Of a stretch of 37,222 nt of DNA, positions 34,760 through 37,222 are shown one piece after another (position 1 is the stretch's first letter; each line of letters starts with the position of its first letter). Source of the stretch: Parcubacteria group bacterium GW2011_GWC1_45_13 (GTDB lineage: Bacteria > Patescibacteriota > Minisyncoccia > UBA11713 > 2-01-FULL-45-33); contig LCKG01000001.1 in NCBI GenBank assembly GCA_001001285.1, forward strand, positions 1 through 37,222, read 5' to 3'. The translations under genes and the position numbers were made by a program. Under the pieces are notes generated by a model. The model was not told the origin of the DNA. It ran no database searches and saw only the letters and a program-made list of their open reading frames with translations.

Positions 34760-36580
34760 TTAATAATTTATCTGATAAAGATAAATATTGTTTAAAGAAA
34801 CAATTTCTTTAAGGCCGCTGATGACCGATAAATCCCATTCCGGATTCTTATTTTTATCCCAAACTATATAATTTACTCCGGCTTCTTTTAAAATATTTTT
34901 GATACCGTTCGGTTTGCTGATGATCCGCCGATACTCCAAAGCGAGCTCAGTAAGAAATATTTTGCGCAAAGAAATTATGTAAGGATCGCCCGCCAGCGCC
35001 TTCTGATTATAATCCCAAAATCTAAGTCCGGATTCGTAGCTTTCAAGAGATATATAACTCTCAATATCGTAATAAATGCTCCGATAAGCCGCGCTAGGTT
35101 GAGGGGCGCCTGGGCTCATCAGCTTATTTATGTAGCCCGTGAAATCGTTTCTGGATTTTTTGTTCAGGAAGAGATAAACATAGAGAGCTTCTTTAAATCT
35201 TTTCAGCGGGGTATTAAACACATCTACCGTTTCATTCCAAAACAGATCGTGGGATGTATAGACCGTAAGCAAAACCCGATAAAGGCCGTCTGAGGCTAAA
35301 ATTACGCCGGGGTCAGCGTCCTTATTTAAAGCGTCAATAATTGTCCGATAGTTTTGGGCATACTCTTTAAAAGGCGCTATATATTGGAAACCGCGATATT
35401 GCTGAAAAGCGGTATTCGCATACGCCAACAAAATTAGAGTTATCAAAAAAACTTTTTTATATTTGTCCCACGGAATAAACGAGTGCGCTACATATATGCC
35501 AACGAGAACGGCGAACGGTATAACAAAATTAAAAAAATAATGCCATGGCTGTATAGATTGTCCCGTAACTATTTGTTGGTTTAAAACAATCCAGTTGGCC
35601 AAGGCGAAAGACAGCAATATCGGCCAATTTACGCTTTTGGGATTTCTATACCAAAAAATCAGGGGCGCCAGCAAGGCGGCAAAAGATATTTTACTAAAAA
35701 CAAATGTTCTGCCGTAATTGCCGTGAGCAAAAAATATAATCTGTTTCCCAATCTCCGATTGAGACATCAGAAACATCTGGATTAGCACATAGGCCCCGAT
35801 GAGCAAGCCTGTGAAAGCGGCGATAGCTATTTTTTTGGCTTGAGTAAAATCTTTTCTCAAACAATAAATTAAAAATAAAGGAGCTGTAAAAGCATAAGCA
35901 AAAGTCCAGGCGTAAAAGTAAATATAAAAAAGAATCCCTAAAGAAATCCCGGCTCCGACGAGATGCAAAAGTTTATCGGACTTCAAGCTTTTAATAAATA
36001 AATTTAGATAAATAAAAATACCCAGCATGCCATAAAGAGGAGCGACTGGACGGCTGTAAATATTAAATTCCGCGCCGGCAACGCCAAATAAATACGCGGC
36101 TGGATAGAGTTTGACTAGAATATAGCCTCCGACAAAAAATAGAGCGACCGCCGAAGACAAAAGCTTGTTTCCCGATAATTGCAGGGTGAAAAAGTAAATC
36201 AGTAAAATTAGAATAAAAGTGCCAAGAAAGCCGAACCCTCTAAAAACAGTTGTGACGTTAACTTTATCCGCAATGCCGAGCAACTTAAATGGCTCGACAA
36301 AAAAATACGGCACATAAGTTTGATGAATGTTATACCAATTCTTACCCTCACGCAGAAGGATATTGCCCAGCCCATGACCCTCTAATAATTCTTTTCCCAT
36401 AGCTAAATACTGCAATTCATCTACCGTGTAATCTCCCGCGTTAATTCCCTGGTATGAATCCTCGGTAAGGAGCGGATAAAAAATCTGTGGAGCAAAAATG
36501 AGAAAAACCATGATCAGCCCGCTTATCAAAATAAGCCTGTGCGCGGCGGCGAATCGGAGCATTTTTTTAAAATTGTCCAT
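34760..36580 (-). CDS. Polytopic membrane protein, GT-C-like (paralog B)
   Basis: Start set at ATG 36580 (MDNFKK, 606 aa). TVDELQYL, FYIYFYAWT, NQQIVTG and YTSHDLFW are collinear with paralog A. Confidence 0.65.
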   Translation of the reverse strand: MDNFKKMLRFAAAHRLILISGLIMVFLIFAPQIFYPLLTEDSYQGINAGDYTVDELQYLAMGKELLEGHGLGNILLREGKNWYNIHQTYVPYFFVEPFKLLGIADKVNVTTVFRGFGFLGTFILILLIYFFTLQLSGNKLLSSAVALFFVGGYILVKLYPAAYLFGVAGAEFNIYSRPVAPLYGMLGIFIYLNLFIKSLKSDKLLHLVGAGISLGILFYIYFYAWTFAYAFTAPLFLIYCLRKDFTQAKKIAIAAFTGLLIGAYVLIQMFLMSQSEIGKQIIFFAHGNYGRTFVFSKISFAALLAPLIFWYRNPKSVNWPILLSFALANWIVLNQQIVTGQSIQPWHYFFNFVIPFAVLVGIYVAHSFIPWDKYKKVFLITLILLAYANTAFQQYRGFQYIAPFKEYAQNYRTIIDALNKDADPGVILASDGLYRVLLTVYTSHDLFWNETVDVFNTPLKRFKEALYVYLFLNKKSRNDFTGYINKLMSPGAPQPSAAYRSIYYDIESYISLESYESGLRFWDYNQKALAGDPYIISLRKIFLTELALEYRRIISKPNGIKNILKEAGVNYIVWDKNKNPEWDLSVISGLKEIVSLNNIYLYQINY

Positions 36581-36743
36581 GATAATCCTCTTTATTCGAA
36601 AATGGCGCTTTTCTCCGATTCCAGTAACTTTGCTCGGAACGATCAAACCTTTTAATAAGAAAAAGCGTGCCGAAAATTTTAGCCAGAACGCTTATCGGTG
36701 TCAAAATAAAATAATAAATAAAAATGTAAATTAAACGGGCCAT
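36567..36743 (-). CDS. Short SxtJ-like membrane protein
   Basis: 58 aa from ATG 36743: YYFILTPISVLAKIFG...FDRSEQSYW...YHGQF. Resembles the SxtJ C-terminal half and lies directly after a carbamoyltransferase. Confidence 0.7.
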   Translation of the reverse strand: MARLIYIFIYYFILTPISVLAKIFGTLFLIKRFDRSEQSYWNRRKAPFSNKEDYHGQF

Positions 36744-36748
36744 AAAAA

Positions 36749-37222
36749 TCAGGTCTGATCTTTCTTGTTTAACAGATAATTCCCCAAGACCAAATAATCC
36801 ATCTTGGTTCTCATAAAACACCTAAACGCGTCCATCGGGTCACACACGATTGGTTCGTCTCTTACATTGAAAGAAGTGTTAATAAGCGCCGGAACCCCGC
36901 ATTGACTTTCAAATTCCGTCAGCAGCTGATGGAACAAAGGATTGGTTTCTTTATGCACGGTCTGCACGCGCGCGGAGTAATCAATATGCGTTACCGCAGG
37001 AATTTCTGAACGAACCACTTTAAGCTTATCAAGGCCGGAGAGCTTAATATCATCTTCGGACACGGCTAATCTTCTCTCTTTTTTTACCGGGAATGTGAGC
37101 AGCATGTAAGGACTGTCGCAATTTATCTCAAAATATTCAGCCGCTTTTTCAGCTATAACCGCAGGCGCAAACGGGCGAAAACTTTCTCTAAATTTAATTT
37201 TTAAATTCATTATTTCCTGCAT
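36749..37222 (-). CDS. Carbamoyltransferase C-terminal domain (SxtI/NodU-like; 5' part outside the window)
   Basis: NLKIKFRESFRPFAP, SPYML, IPAVTHIDYSARVQTV and INTSFNVRDEPIV motifs. Confidence 0.9.
   Translation of the reverse strand: MQEIMNLKIKFRESFRPFAPAVIAEKAAEYFEINCDSPYMLLTFPVKKERRLAVSEDDIKLSGLDKLKVVRSEIPAVTHIDYSARVQTVHKETNPLFHQLLTEFESQCGVPALINTSFNVRDEPIVCDPMDAFRCFMRTKMDYLVLGNYLLNKKDQT

Noticed and set aside
36567-37222. Saxitoxin biosynthesis suggested by SxtI/SxtJ-like genes
   Set aside because: No sxtA, sxtG or other core genes are present. These families also occur in glycan loci.
1-37222. CRISPR array, tRNA/rRNA, IS element, integron attC sites, phase-variable tracts
   Set aside because: No regularly spaced repeats, RNA gene signatures, transposase or integrase motifs were seen. 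A/T runs of 7-8 are expected at this base composition, and no long G/C tracts were found.

Overview
This AT-rich window (genetic code 11) is a gene-dense surface-glycan biosynthesis and decoration locus, mostly on the minus strand. Its style suggests a Patescibacteria/CPR (Parcubacteria-like) genome, which is inference only. It encodes: (i) a nonulosonic-acid pathway (4,6-dehydratase, epimerase-DegT aminotransferase fusion, LbH acyltransferase, NeuC, NeuB, NeuA); (ii) tailoring enzymes (two N-acetyl-sugar amidotransferases with HisH/HisF, two carbamoyltransferases, two methyltransferases, two Gfo/Idh/MocA oxidoreductases); (iii) a stand-alone AcpS-FkbH-methyltransferase-ACP-MaoC-SDR module facing a divergent MBOAT plus SGNH/DltD-like pair; (iv) export and transfer machinery (ABC flippase, two KpsS-like transferases, a GT4, three GT-C-like membrane proteins, an O-antigen-ligase-TPR protein). 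The most unusual sequence-level signal is a set of very short GC-rich palindromic elements (15, 21 and 24 nt, all multiples of 3) inserted in frame into four unrelated genes. One is nested inside another, and one is shown to be an insertion by the adjacent paralog. Also present: a cupin gene remnant, two self-contained DMT/EamA cassettes flanking neuC, and several probable leaderless promoters. No rRNA, tRNA, CRISPR array or transposase was seen. All family assignments come from motif recognition by eye, not database searches.
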